Origin: Anolis carolinensis
Lineage: Eukaryota
DNA: 63,807 nucleotides
Reading direction: 5' to 3'
NCBI RefSeq assembly: GCF_035594765.1
Contig: NW_026943822.1
Location: forward strand, 25,178,968 to 25,242,774
Notes under the pieces: model-generated
What the model saw: the letters and a program-made list of their open reading frames with translations, nothing else
Told to the model about the DNA's origin: nothing
Databases searched by the model: none
Made by a program: the position numbers and the translations under genes
Part shown: positions 12,497 through 28,017 of the stretch, piece by piece
Layout: every line of letters begins with the position of its first letter
Position numbering within the stretch: position 1 is the first letter of the stretch

Positions 12497-15400
12497 CTAG
12501 GAGGCGTCCTCCATCTCCACTGTGTCCTGTAACTGCTGCACCATCTTCTCTTCCAGCTGCTTGGCTTTGCCTTTGGAAACAATAACAACAACAACAAAAG
12601 GTTAAAATAGGCACGGTATATAATAGTAAGTTACGACTGTGTGCCACTACAGCTGACAGAATTTGGTTATCAGTTGTATTATTGTTTGCAATATTGTTAA
12701 CATTATTATATATAGGATGCTCTAATATACATACTGTGTTCTATGTTTTGAACCTTTATCGTGGTGTAGATTTTTCAGATAAAATAGGCACGGACCAACT
12801 TTGGATCTCCCTCCGGGGTGTTTTGGACTTAAACTTCCACAATTCCTGGCCTCAGGCCCTTTCCTTTCCCAGCTGCTTAAGCTTCTAATAAATATTTATT
12901 TATTTACAGTATTTATATCCCGCCCTTCTTTCTCACCCCGAAGGGGACTCAGGGCGGATTACAATGAACACATATATGGCAAACATTCAATGCCAACAGA
13001 CAAACAACATTCAGTTTTAGACAGACACAGAGGCATTTTTTAACATCTTTCCAGCTTCACGATTCCGGCCACAGGGGGAGCTGTTGCTTCACCGTCCATT
13101 GGTGGCTGTTCTTCCTCTTCTTTTCCTCGTGAGCAGTTTTATGGGGTTGTAGATTAGTTAAATTAGCCTCACGCATAAAGCGTCCCTAAATTTTCCCTAC
13201 TTGACAGATGCAACTGTCTTTCGGGGCTGCTAGGTAAACAGCAAGCCGGGGCTATATATATATATTTTTTAATGGCCAGAGGCTTAACCCGACCCGGGCT
13301 TCGAACTCATGACCTCTCGGTCAGTAGTGATTTATAGCAGCTGGTTACTAGCCAGCTGCGCCACAGCCCGGCCCCATAAATAGTGTTATAAATTACCTAA
13401 CCCAGGCATTACCAGGTACCTAGGCTAATTAACTTAATAATTTCCAAGGGGGGCTTCCGAACGCTGCCACTCACGCAGGTGCCTCCTCCCCGCAAAGCCC
13501 GCCTACCTGCGTGCGGAGCCCGGATGAGGTGGATGTTCTGCTTGACCTCCTTGATGTCTTGGGCCTTCTGCAGCTCTTTCCCTTTCTTTAACCTGAAATA
13601 AGCAGGAAGAGGACATGTTCATTCTGAAGGGAGCCGCAAAAAGAAGCAGGAAATTATTATTATTGTTATTATTATTATTCTCAAGAATCCCCTCGCACCT
13701 GTTCAGGATGAACTTGGCTTGACGCTTTTGCTTGATCTCCTCCACTTTCTTCATCGCATCCACTATAAGGATAAAAAAAAACATTGTCGTCATGTTAAAA
13801 TAAGCCATAGTTTAGTCCTCCTTCACTTGAGTCAGGATGTGATGTATTGGTCTCTTTAAAAGCTTATTAATATTTAATGACTGGTCCATAGCAGTGCTGA
13901 GTGATTTAAAAACACATGGTCAGAAAGAAGAGCAAGATGATGATAAATGTTGTACAATTAGGCCACCTTTGAATAAATCTACATTGCTTGTTAAGAGCTT
14001 TGGTAGGAGAAAATGTTGTAAAACTTTTATCCCGGTGTAGCGTTGGGAAGTTTCCTTTCAAATAAGATATGTATGTTTTACTATTATGAGAAGGTGTACA
14101 ATTACTGCTGTTAATCAGAAGGTTTATATACCAATAGTTACATTATAATGTGTACAACTTGGAAACAACAATAATAATAGCTTATTAATGGGGCTGCCAG
14201 GAACAACAACAACAAGATTATGAAAAGGTGAGCTCATGGCATACCTGTCTTGTTCCAAAGCTCTCGCTGGTATTTCACCGGCTCATTTCTCCGCTTCTCG
14301 AACTCGAATGAATTATCCTGTGCAGACAGAAGGCAAGGAGTTAATGCGGGTCAATCGAATCCCATGATGCAGCCCTAAAAAGCTCCTCTGCATTTCACAA
14401 TATTTGTCAAGAGATGTTTGTGCACTGCACCTCCTGGCTGCCCAGTCTTCAATCCCCGCTGGCAGAAAACGATTGGACTCTATGGTTCTATTATTATTAA
14501 GCAGGGGCTGGGTGGCCATCTGTTGGGAGGGACTGGATGGTGCTTTCCCCGTCTGGCAGAAAACATTTATTATTATTATTATTATGGATGACCATCTGTT
14601 GGGAGGGATCGGGTGGTGCCTTTCCTGCATGAAAGAAGAAAGGGGTTGGACTGGAGATCCTTTCCAACACTAGGATTCTATTACAGTAGAGTCTCACTTA
14701 TCCAAGTCTCGCTTATCCAAGTTTCTGGATTATCCAAGCCATTTTTGTAGTCAATGTTTTCAATACATCGTGATATTTTGGTGCTAAATTCGTAAATACA
14801 GTAATTACAACATAACATTACTGGGTATTGAACTGCTTTTTCTGACAAATTTGTTGTAAAACATGATGTTTTGGTGCTTAATTTGTAAAATCATAACCTA
14901 ATTTGATGTTTAATAGGCTTTTCCTTAATCCCTCCTTATTATCCAAGATATTCACTTATCCAACGTTCTGCCAGCCTGTTTAGCTTGGATTACTACAAGT
15001 TCTAAGCAGGGACTGGATGGCCTTCTGTGAGGAGGGATCGGATGGTGCCTTTGGGGGTCCGTCCCAACTATAGGATCCTATTATTATTATTACTATTATA
15101 TTATTATTATTATTATTGATCCGAGGATGATGATGCAGGGAGCTGGATGGCCCTCTGTGAGGAGGGATCGGATGGTGCCTTTGGGGGTCCGTCCCAACTA
15201 TAGGATCCTATTATTATTATTACTATTATATTATTATTATTATTATTGATCCGAGGATGATGATGCAGGGAGCTGGATGGCCCTCTGTGAGGAGGGATCG
15301 GATGGTGCCTTTCCTGCCTGAAGGGGGTTGGACTGGATAGCCTCTGGGAGTCCCTCCCAACTCTAGGATCCTATTACTATTAATTATTATTAATTATTAT

Positions 15401-15832
15401 TATTGATGTGATGATGATGATGATGCAGGGGGCCGGCTGGCCCTCTGTGGGGAGGGATCGGGTGGTGCTTTTCCTCCCTGGCAGAATATTACTATTCCTA
15501 TGATGAGGCCGGGGCCGGCTGGCCCTCTATGGGGAGGGATCGGATGGTGCCTTTCCTCTCTGGCAGAATATTATTATTACTACGATGAGGCGGGGCCGGC
15601 TGGCCCTCTGCGGGGAGGGGTCGTGCGGTGCGCTCACCGTGGCCAGCTCCTTCCCGGAGGCCTTGCGGAAGGCCTTGGTCCATCGCACCTTCCGGGGGTT
15701 GCGCTTCTTCTTGAAGCCCTTGTGGCACTTGGAGCGGCAGAAGCGGAAGGCCTTGCAGTCGTTGCGCACGAAGAGCACCCCGTGGCCCGGGTAGACCGGC
15801 CCCGAGCAGAAGTAGCACCGCTCCACGCGCAT
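12497..15832 (-). CDS. RSL24D1: Probable ribosome biogenesis protein RLP24 (163 aa)
   Basis: Exons 15832-15638, 14317-14245, 13762-13699, 13592-13507 and 12570-12497 total 492 nt. Translation: [18 protein letters not shown]...[23 protein letters not shown]...[21 protein letters not shown]...[10 protein letters not shown]. Minus-strand AATAAA at 12316-12321. Confidence 0.97.
12890..13376 (-). mobile_element. tRNA-derived SINE with L2-type tail
   Basis: The minus strand begins GGGGCCGGGCTGTGGCGCAG, has a B-box-like GAGTTCGAAGCC, and ends GCCCTGAGTCCCCTTCGGGGTGAGAAAG...(AAAT)n. A related copy is at about 62840-63050 (+). Confidence 0.75.
15000..15615. repeat. Tandem array of CR1 3'-UTR-like units in RSL24D1 intron 1
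   Basis: Repeated GGCTGGATGGCCCTCTGTGAGGAGGGATCGGATGGTGCCTT units separated by (TTA)n. Confidence 0.7.
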
Positions 15833-15834
15833 GG

Positions 15835-16120
15835 CGGACCGGAAAAGGAGGCGGAACCGGAAAGAAGGAAGCAAGACGGCAAGCCCTGAGACACTACACG
15901 CATGCGCGGTGTGAGGCACTGAGGTAGGGAAAAGGAAAAGGCTTCGAACACGCATGCGCACTGTGAGAGACGCACACAGCCCTGAGGCGCCACGGGGAAT
16001 AGCGACTTCGAGCACGCATGCGCGGTATGAGGCAACGCCGCCCTGAGAAGCCATAGAGCCCTCTTGTGGCAAGAAGAAGGAAACGCCACAGGCAGCTCCA
16101 AACACGCATGCGCGGTGTGA
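15835..16120 (-). promoter_or_regulatory. RSL24D1 CpG-island promoter with four NRF1-like ACGCATGCGC sites and ETS-like CCGGAA sites
   Basis: CACGCATGCGC at about 15897, 15949, 16013 and 16103; CCGGAA at about 15839 and 15857; all immediately upstream of the ATG at 15832. Confidence 0.7.
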
Positions 16121-17780
16121 GAGAAACAGCTCCCTGAGGCGCCAAAGGCAAGGCGCGTGCTCCTGCTTGACTGGGACGCCCATAATCCCCTCAGAAAGCA
16201 AGACAGGGATGCAGAGTTCGGCCTGTGCTTCATCTTTATTCCCAGGGAGGAACAGAAGGAGGGAAGGAAGGAACACAAGTGGACACAGTCCTGTCAGAAC
16301 GACAACAACAAACATGGCGTCGATGGAGAGGTGCGGCCTAGTCCCGTTTGGAGCCTGGGAGACAGTGAAATGGCGGGAAGGAGGGCCTTTTGTGGCTGAA
16401 GAGATGCGGCCTAGTCCCGTTTGGAGCCAGGGATACAGTAAAATGGTGGGAAGATGGGCCTTTTGTGGCCGAAGAGATGCAGCTTAGTCCCAGATCGTGT
16501 TCAGAAGCCCCACAGCACGCTTCGCCAGGTTGGGGTTTCTACGGTGTTGACGGCAAAGCGAGCTATTCGCTATGTGCTTTGTGGCTCCCACCTCCGTCCA
16601 TCCGGGTGCAGCCGGTGCCGCTGGAGAGTGATGGTGGAGAGGATGGCATGTTACTGAGAAAGCCAGGGAAGGCTACTACAGAATCGGAGGAGCTGAAATT
16701 CTCTGACAGTCAAAACAGCAGCACGGCAGGGGTTTTAGATAGGAAACCAAGGAGATGAAAGCAGGGAAAAGGTTCGAGAGACAGGACTTTATGATCTAGA
16801 GAGAAGGAAAAAGGGAAGAAAGAAAGGGAGAAATTGTTTGTGAAGAAATGGAATGAAGATAGAAGGAGGCCTTTTGGAAAAGGACCTGTTTGGTGGGCAA
16901 AGGGCATCATGGATGCCATCATGCCGTTACTGACCATTGCTGACAACAACAAACAGGCGAGGTCACCCATGCCAGAGGCCGGATAGGTAAGAGGCACCCA
17001 AAAGAAGGGCAAAGAAAGCAGAGAGGTGTGGATAGAAAGAAGGAGCTTATTTAGAAATGTTAGAAACCTCTACTATAAAAAGGTTGAGTTACACCTCAGC
17101 CTTTTGGCACTATTTTTCTATTGCACACCCAATAGCTTTGTCTGGCCAAAATAAATCTATTGTGTTTTACTCTACTAGGAGTATTGGGGGCACCGATCCT
17201 TAATAATGGGAGCCTGCAGCCATGGAGCCAAGAGGGCAAAGGGACAACAGCAGCCTCATTGAAACAGAGCCAGCCAAGGCTGTGAACTAAGGCACATTTT
17301 CTCCAAAGGCATTGAGCGGGAAGCATTGGCCAGCTCAACCAGCCTTCAGTCTGTTCCTGCCAAGACGAGAAAGCTGGTGTGCGACTTCTCTGTGGGGATA
17401 TAGCTATCTTTGTGTGTGTGTGTGTGTTTTTTTTTTTTGCCTTGGTCCAGATTGTGGTGCTGAGCACTCAGCTTGAGGGACCAAAAGGACTGCATCCGCT
17501 CCCTCTCCTCCTCAAGCTGCCCATTCTGTAACTGTGCCAGAGGATTTGGGGACTTTGACAGAAGGGGTCTTCTGCTCAGAAACAAGCAGGCAGGCAGGCT
17601 GTAGGCCAATCCTTCCCGCTGAATATGAAGAAAAGGGAATGGAAGCCAAGCTCCGGTTGGCATCGTTCGAAAGCAGGCTCCAAGGCTTCTCACAAAGGCT
17701 ACTTCTTCTATGTGCAGGGCAGGCAGGAGCGTCCGGCAAAGGGGTCGAACGGAGCCCCGGATCCGCCCCCAGCAGGCCGC

Positions 17781-20444
<2,664 letters not shown>

Positions 20445-20930
20445 TCAGGAAGATGGAGAGAAACCGGCTTCATGTCCACCTCACCGGATTCATCATAGCA
20501 CCCCTCGGAGTTGCGGTCCTGCAGCCTCCAGGTCCTTCATCGCTCTGGTCCTCCTCCTTGGCAAATATTGAACAAGGCATCTCCACCCTCTTTGTGACTT
20601 CTGGTGACCGGTGAGCGGCCTGCCCAGCCAGGTAGGGATTCAACAGGTGTTCATTGCAGCCACCTCATACTTCACGTGTCAAATCCCTGCCAGGAGCCAT
20701 CTCCAAAGCCAGGCATGGGGAAGCTTCAGCCTTCCAGGAGTTTTGGACTTCAACTCCCACCATTCCTAACAGCCTCAGGCCCTTTCCTTTTGCCCCGCAG
20801 CCGCTTAAGCGGCTGCGGGGCAAAAGGAAAGGGCCTGAGGCTGTTAGGAATAGTGGGAGTTGAAGTCCAAAACACCTGGTGCACCCCAAGGTTTTCTTTT
20901 CCATCGCTGGAAGCTTTGGATGTTCTAACG

Positions 20931-21831
20931 CAGGGGTCCCCAAACTAAGGCCCGGGGGCCGGATGCGGCCCTCCGAGGTCATTTACCTGGCCCCCGCCCT
21001 CAGTTTTATAATATAATATACTAGCTGTGCCCGGCCACGCATTGCTGTGGCAAAATGGTGGTGGTATTGGTTAAAAATTGTTGTGTAATTTTTATTTGTC
21101 GTTATTTGTATTTTTAAATTATTTTTATTGTAAGTTATCTTTTTATTTATTATATTTTATTATTTTCTTGTATTATTTTTAGTTATTTTCTGTTATTATA
21201 GTATTTCATTGTATTAATTTTTTAGTGTTTTTAATTATTTTTAGTGTTTTTTTATAATTTTTTATTGGGTTGCTAGGAGACCAAGTTGGAGGAGCTTAGC
21301 CTTCTAACTGGCAGCAATTGGATAAAAGCAATTATTCCTCTCCCTCTAATTAGGACTTTATTTTTCTTTTCTTTTTGTTGTATCAACCTAGAGGCGTGGA
21401 TGATGGGTTGTGTTGTCAAATTTCGAGGTTGGGGGGCCTATAGTTTTGTTGTTTTGTCGGTCGCCGTGATGTGATCACTCATTTATATATATATAGATTG
21501 TATATACATATAATATTGATAATAATATTATAATGTAATACAATATAACACTAATAATGATACCACATAATATTAATTATATATTCTATATTACATATAA
21601 TATTACTCATAATATTACAGTATAGTGGTATAGTTCAATATAATAATACATAATGCTAATATTGTGCTATGCTAATAATATAATATATTGTATGTACATA
21701 TAATTTGTAAGCCACTCTGAGTCCCCTTTGGAGTGAGAAGGGTGTGATACAAATATAGTAAATAAATAAATAAATAAATAAATAAATTTTAGACTTAGGC
21801 TCGCCCAAAGTCTGAAATGACTTGAAGGCAC

Positions 21832-21863
<32 letters not shown>

Positions 21864-22142
21864 CCTAATTAACTTGACTATCTCATTGGCCAGAAGCAGG
21901 ACCACACTTCCCATTGAAATCCTGATAAATGTATGTTGGTTAAAATTGTTTTTATTTTTAAATATTGTATTGTTCTTTCATTGTTCTTCTTCTTGTTGTT
22001 GTTGTTTTTGCACTACAAATAAGACATGTGCAGTGTGCATCGGAATTTGTTTGTATTTTTTTTTTCCAAATGATAATCCGGCCCCTCAAGAATCTGAAGG
22101 ATTGTGGACCGGCCCTCGGCTTAAAAAGTTTGAGGACCCCTG
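20931..22142. mobile_element. Non-autonomous hAT transposon with a nested Helitron
   Basis: TIRs CAGGGGTCCCCAAACT and AGTTTGAGGACCCCTG; perfect 8-bp TSD TTCTAACG at 20923-20930 and 22143-22150. Confidence 0.92.
21021..21497 (-). mobile_element. Non-autonomous Helitron
   Basis: The minus strand runs 5'-TCTATATAT...GCCAC-loop-GTGGC hairpin...CTAG-3', inserted between A and T. Other copies at 22817-~23040, 26979-27438, from 44263, and 51908-52503. Confidence 0.8.
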
Positions 22143-23042
22143 TTCTAACGCAATGGTTTATAACGAAGCAAACCTAAGCAGGAAACTACAGTTTATGGCC
22201 AAGTAAAAAAGATGGCACTTTTTGATATTCGGTAGTCATTGCTCTCTTTTGCTTTGGTTCCAGGGTTTTGAAAATGGAGGTGTGCATGAGATTTGATGGC
22301 GCATGAGACCCGAGTCAAGACGGGTGAGTTGTTTTCAACAAACAGCCCTTAGCTTGATGTGGCGTAGGGCCTTCCCACCTGTCCTTTGGAGAGGAGGAAG
22401 AAGCCAAGCGAGGCGTGAGAAGAGGGAAACGAGGCCAAGAGGCAGGTGGTGGAGCTCAGCCGTGTTGCCAGGAGCCAGCAACGGAGGGAGGAAGGGAGGG
22501 TGCCCCTTCTTCTGCCCATCCCCACCTCTGCTGCCCCATAGCATTGCCCTGCCGCCTCTCCACTCACCTGTCTTCTCCCTCGTCACCTTCCTCCTCCTCC
22601 TCCACAGAAGGCCACTTGCCAGATGCTGCTCTGGCCAGGGGTGCATCCTCCCCTCTTCCTGGCCTCTGGAGCAGCCCTTCCTCCTCCCCTCCCTCCTTTC
22701 CTCCACCTGCTTTGCACACAGGAGGAGGAGGAGGCCTGGGGCTTACGTGTCACCTCTTGGCAACCGCCCAGTGCTGCTTATGGGCACATGGATCACTAAA
22801 CCAGAATATATATATACTAGCTGTGCCCTGCCACGCGTTGCTGTGGCCCATTGAAATTGCACTGAATAGCTCTGGTTTTTGGGGGTTTTTAGGCCCTGTG
22901 GAGGTTCGTGACGTGATATTTTGTGGTTTCAACCTCGAGGCGTGGATGATGGATTGTGTTGTGAAATTTCGAGGTTGGGGGGTGTTTAGTTTTGTTGTTT
23001 TGCTCGGTGCCAGGATTCCATCGCTCATATATATATATATAT

Positions 23043-23646
23043 GGGGTTGCTGTGAGTTTTCTGGGCTGTCTGGCTATGTTCCAGAAGCATTATCTCCTGA
23101 CGTTTCACCCACATCTATGGCAGGCATCCTCAGAGGTTGTGAGGTCTGTTGGAAACTAGGCAAGTGGGGTTTATACATCTGTGGAATAATGTCCAGGGTG
23201 GGAGAACCAACTCTTGTCTGCTGGAGGAAAGTGTGAATGTTGTAGTTGATCACCTTGGTTAGCATTGAATGTTAACTTGTTTCTTTGACAATTTCCTCAT
23301 TTGGTTGCACTTTATCTTGCCCTATTAGTGTATTATAGTCACATGATTCCCCCCTCCCAAGTTGCTCTTCTATTCGACAATAGCACTTAAATATCTACCT
23401 TGTTTACAATTTTCACTCACTGCACTTTAACCAGTCCGTTTTATTTTATCTACTTGGGAGCCAAATCCATGTTTTTACCATTACTGTCTTTTATACATAT
23501 ATGTTTTATTATTATTATTATGTTTAGAAGGTTATTTTTTTTTATATCTTCTGATGTTATTGTATGTTGTTTGTTGTTTTATCCGGGCTTGGCCCCATGT
23601 AAGCCGCCGAGTCCCTTTGGGGAGATGGAGGTGGGGTATAAAAATA

Positions 23647-23689
<43 letters not shown>

Positions 23690-23950
23690 GAATGGCCTTG
23701 AAGCTTCAAGGCCCGGCTGATTCCTGCCTGTGGGAATCCTTTGTTGGGAGGCGTTACCTCTCCCTGATTGTTTCATATCTGGAATTCCCCTGTTGAACTT
23801 TATTTACTGTCCTGATTTTAAGAGGTTTTTTTTTTTAAAAAAAAACAACCACTATGTCAGACTACACAGAGAAGCCATTGAAATCCACAAGAATCATGTG
23901 GACAATTTCAAGAGAAAGGAGGAAAGTGAAAAAAATCTGGCAACCAGAAT
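23043..23950. mobile_element. Penelope-like element remnants (pseudo-LTR plus GIY-YIG C-terminal fragment)
   Basis: pLTR-type GGGTTGCTGTGAGTTTTCTGGGCTG...GCAGGCATCCTCAGAGG; peptide HYVRLHREAIEIHKNHVDNFKRKEES at about 23850-23930. Related pieces at ~11090-11600, 27780-27870, 34919-35099, 36870-36990 and 53430-53760. Confidence 0.7.
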
Positions 23951-26900
23951 TTAAAAAACTGCAGAAATGTTTGTTTACAAATTGCTTGCTCCAGGCGCTG
24001 TACTTGCTGTCTCTTTCCTCTCGTTGGAGAACACTCAACAACAACAACACCAGAACCAACTGCAGCAAAAGAGACTCCTAAACCCTTAGGCAGGAGAAAG
24101 GCCTGCTTTGGGATTGGATGGATTGGATGGAGACCTTTTCCTTGGGGCAACCGATTGCAGGAGACAAACAGATATCCCTCAGTCATCAGCCCAAGACAGT
24201 CCCTATTCCCTGTGAATCACGGCAAATGAAGAGGTTGGAAAAAATTGTGGCGAATCACAGATTGAAGGCAAAGCATCCCTTCATTAGAAGATCGATGCTT
24301 TGCAGCTCTGGGGGCAAATGGATAAAAATTAGCGTTTCATGGTTTCTGGGGACAAGAGACCCAGACAAATTGGTTTTAAGCCACGAGGGAGACCTGCTGC
24401 TAATTTTGAGGAATGGGTGCGACCGGGAACTCTGCTTAGCCCAAATTTCTGAAGTTATAATTCCACTTTGGACTTGCTGGTGTCGGTAATGCAAAGCGAC
24501 ACTGAAGATGATGGCAAGCTGATGAAGAAATGCGGAGTGCGTTGCAAAGAAAAGAAGAAGCCCAGCAGAGGAAGGAGAGACTCGAGGGGGCTGCGGATGC
24601 CGCAAGTTCGGTTAGTTGGATGGGCCTCTTTCGGGAGAGATTTATTTGTGTACTCTGGCGTGGCTGAACAGAGTTGGACTAGATGGGCAAGCCCTTTCTG
24701 ATAAACACAAGGAGAAAGCCAAACAGTGTGGGAGGGGAGCAAACGGCCCTTTCGTCGCTCCCATTCCTGGTGCCAAAACACACAGTCCCTCCTTCTTCCT
24801 TCTCTGGAAGGCCAAGCGGCCAAAGACAAAGCCATGTGAGCCCAGGGAGAGGCCACGGCCTGGCTGGACACTTGGTGGGACAAGGCCAAGAGGAGGGCTG
24901 CCCTTTCCTTGTGCCATTGGGGAGGGGAAAGCAGCCTCCGGGGCTGGAAAAGGGACCCATCCCTTTTGCAAAAGGCACACCTCCAAATATTAGTATTTAC
25001 TCAAATCTCACCTTTTTATGCTCAATTACCTTCCCAAAATGAGGGTGTGCATTAAATTCGCGTAATGTGGCAATCTTAGTGTTGAGCCAAAGCCAAAGGG
25101 GAAGCCGATTTGGGAGCTCCTCTTTGAGGGATACCATCTCTACAGCATTGATCACACATAAGGTTTTGTTTTCCATCAATGGAAGCTTTGGTGTCCTAAC
25201 ACTCATTCAACTGTAATGGCCAATGACAAAGAGCACACTTTTTGCCTCTCTGCGTTGCATTCGGCAGCAAATCCTTTCTTTGGTTCCAGGGTTTTGAAAA
25301 TGGAGGTGCGCATTAGATTCAATGGCACATGAAACTTGAATCGTTACGGGTATATTTACTTACTCAGACCCAAGCCTGTGTGCGATCCCTGGCCAGGAAG
25401 GAAGGAAACAGGGCGGCTGTGGCTTATCTTTTGCTCCTGCTTCTCTGGGTGAAGGGGCCCGAGCGAGGCCTCTCCCTCCGGCCCACCCCTCTCCACCCCA
25501 CACTTCTTCTCCTCCTTCTCCCTGACCCCTTTCTCTGCCTCGCCTTTGCAAACTTCAAAGCGGAAGCAGGGCAGGATCCCTCTCTGCGGTTTCCTTGCCA
25601 GGAGGAGAGCCGTCCGAGCTCCAGGCCCGCATCATATGATCCCTGTTTCATAAAGAAGGGCTTCTTTCTTCAGCCTGGTGGGAACTCGATTAAGGAGCAG
25701 CACCAACAAAGTGGCCTTTGATCTCTCCTCCGACTAAGAGCATTACGGTCCTGGGAAGAGAGGGATGGAGCCAGGGCGGAGGGGGAAGTGAGTGCCCACA
25801 AGGGCTTCTCTTGCCACCCTTGCAGAACCGACACGCGGTCCGTTTGTGGCTCTTTGCAATCCCAACACACCGGCAAGCCACAGCGGGCCACCAACAGATG
25901 TGTCTGCATTGCTCTTGCTCTGAAGAGGAGATCCCACTGCCTCGCGGGGGTCTGTCCCGCCCGGATCCTTGCCTTCCACCTTATTCCTCCCCGGATTGAG
26001 GCCTCTGCCTACAAGGAGCCTTCTGATGCCTTCCTGCGGTGCAGACCAAACAGGGAGAGAGAGGAATCATAGAATAACAGAGCATGGATCATCTAGTCCA
26101 ACCCCCTTGCATGCAGGAAAAGCACTATCAAAGCAACCTCAAGAGATGGCCATCCAGCCTCTGCTGGACTCTGAGGAAGAGAGTTCCACTGTTGAACAGT
26201 GAGGAAGTTCTTCCTAATGTTCAGCTGGAATCTCCTTTCCCGGGATTGCTCAGAGTCCTAGTCTCCAAGGGAGCAGAGAGCAAGTTTGTTCCCTCCTCCT
26301 TACGGCATCCTTTTCCTTACCTGTGGGAGGAAGCAAGGACGGGCGGACGGAAGACTGGCACTACAGGAGGAAGAGGAAGGGTCGGAGGAAGGCAACAGCG
26401 GCGGTGGGTCTCTGGGTCAGGGTCCGGTCCATCGGCCTTGCTTCTTGGAGGGAGGGGGCCCAGCGGCGGGTCCCAAACCCCAGAGCAGGCAGGCAACAGG
26501 CAGAGAGAGAGAGAGAGAGAGAGAGAGGTTCCTAATGACTCTCAGCTGCTTGTCATGTGCTTCTGGCTGCCCTGGTCAAGTGATGGGGAGCTCCTGTGCC
26601 AGCCCCACGGCCCTCCCCTTGCAGAAGGGGCCTCCCTTGGACCTCAAGGAAGAAGGAAGGAAGGATGGAAAGAAGGGGAGCAAAGGGAAGCAGTCCCTTT
26701 CCATCCGTGGGACTTGGCTGCCGTTGCTGCTTCGCAACCCCACTTCCTGCCGGTGTTACGGCACTGCTTCCTCTTCTGCTGCGCCGCTTGCCCAACACAA
26801 ACACCCCTTGGCCCTTCCTCTCTTCCTCCCCTGCCACAGGCTGGGATGCAAGGGAAGAATGAAAAATATTTGGAAATATTTCATGAAAGAGTGGAGAAAC

Positions 26901-28017
26901 TCTATTAAAGTGGCAGTTTGGGCCTTTTGGGGCACTTCTTGTGCAAGGAGCAAGTCACAGAAAGTATTATATACACAACTAGCTGTGCCCGGCCACGCGT
27001 TGCTGTGGCAAAGTGGTGGTGGTATTGGTTAAAAATTGTTGTATAATTTTTATTTGACGTTATTTGTATTTTTTAATTAATTTTATTGTAAGTTATCTTT
27101 TTATTATATTTTATTATTTTCTTGTATTAGTTTTAGTTATTTTCTGTTATTATAGTATTTTATTATATTAATTTTTTAGTGTGTTTAATTATTTTTTTAG
27201 TGTTTTTTATTATTTTTTATTGGCTTGCTAGGAGAAGGGGCTTAGCCTTCTAACTGGCAGCAATTGGATAAAAGCAATTATTCCTCTCTCTCTAATTAGG
27301 ACTTTATTTTTCTTCTTTTTGTTGTATCAACCTAGAGCCGTGGATGAGGGGTTGTGTCGTCAAATTTCGAGGTTGGGGGGGCCTGTACTTTTGTTGTTTT
27401 GTGGGTCGCCGTGATGCCATCACTCTTTTATATATAGATATATCTCTCCCTCCAGGTGTTTTGGACTTTGTCCCAAAAGTCCTAACAGCTGGTAATAATA
27501 ATATAGTACTCACACATTTTAATATTTTTTTATAATTCACGTTTTAATAGCGTTAATATAACTTTTAATTGATTTTGGTATTGTTATTGTTTTATTGAAC
27601 TGCCACTATTTATTGAATGTGTTTTTGGGGCAATGGAATTTGCTGTTTGTTGTAAGCTGCCCTGAGTCCCTACGGGTGACAAGGGCGGGGTAGAAATGAT
27701 GTAAATAAATAAATAAAATAAATAGTATAATAATGAGAATAGTACTATTATAATATATGTTGTCGAAGGCTTTCAAGGTTGTTGTGTGTTTTCCGGGCTG
27801 TCTGGCCGTGTTCCAGAAGCATTCTCTCCTGACATTTCGCTCACATCTATGGCAGGCTTCCTCAGGTTTGCCCCTCAGTTGTTTGCAAGTCGGACATTTG
27901 CAATCAGGGATGACCTGTAGATACGTAAAATAACAATAATACTAATAATCTATAAGTATCTATAATACTAATAATCTGTGTGTGTATATTCATATAACAC
28001 AATGTACTGTTCCATTA

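Noticed and set aside
13290-13376. tRNA gene
   Set aside because: A/B-box-like head of a SINE; no cloverleaf, and it continues into the SINE body and tail.
15527-16315. 262-aa ORF extending RSL24D1 N-terminally
   Set aside because: Open frame through the CpG promoter from a non-ATG start; homology starts at MRVERC (15832), which has a GCCATG context.
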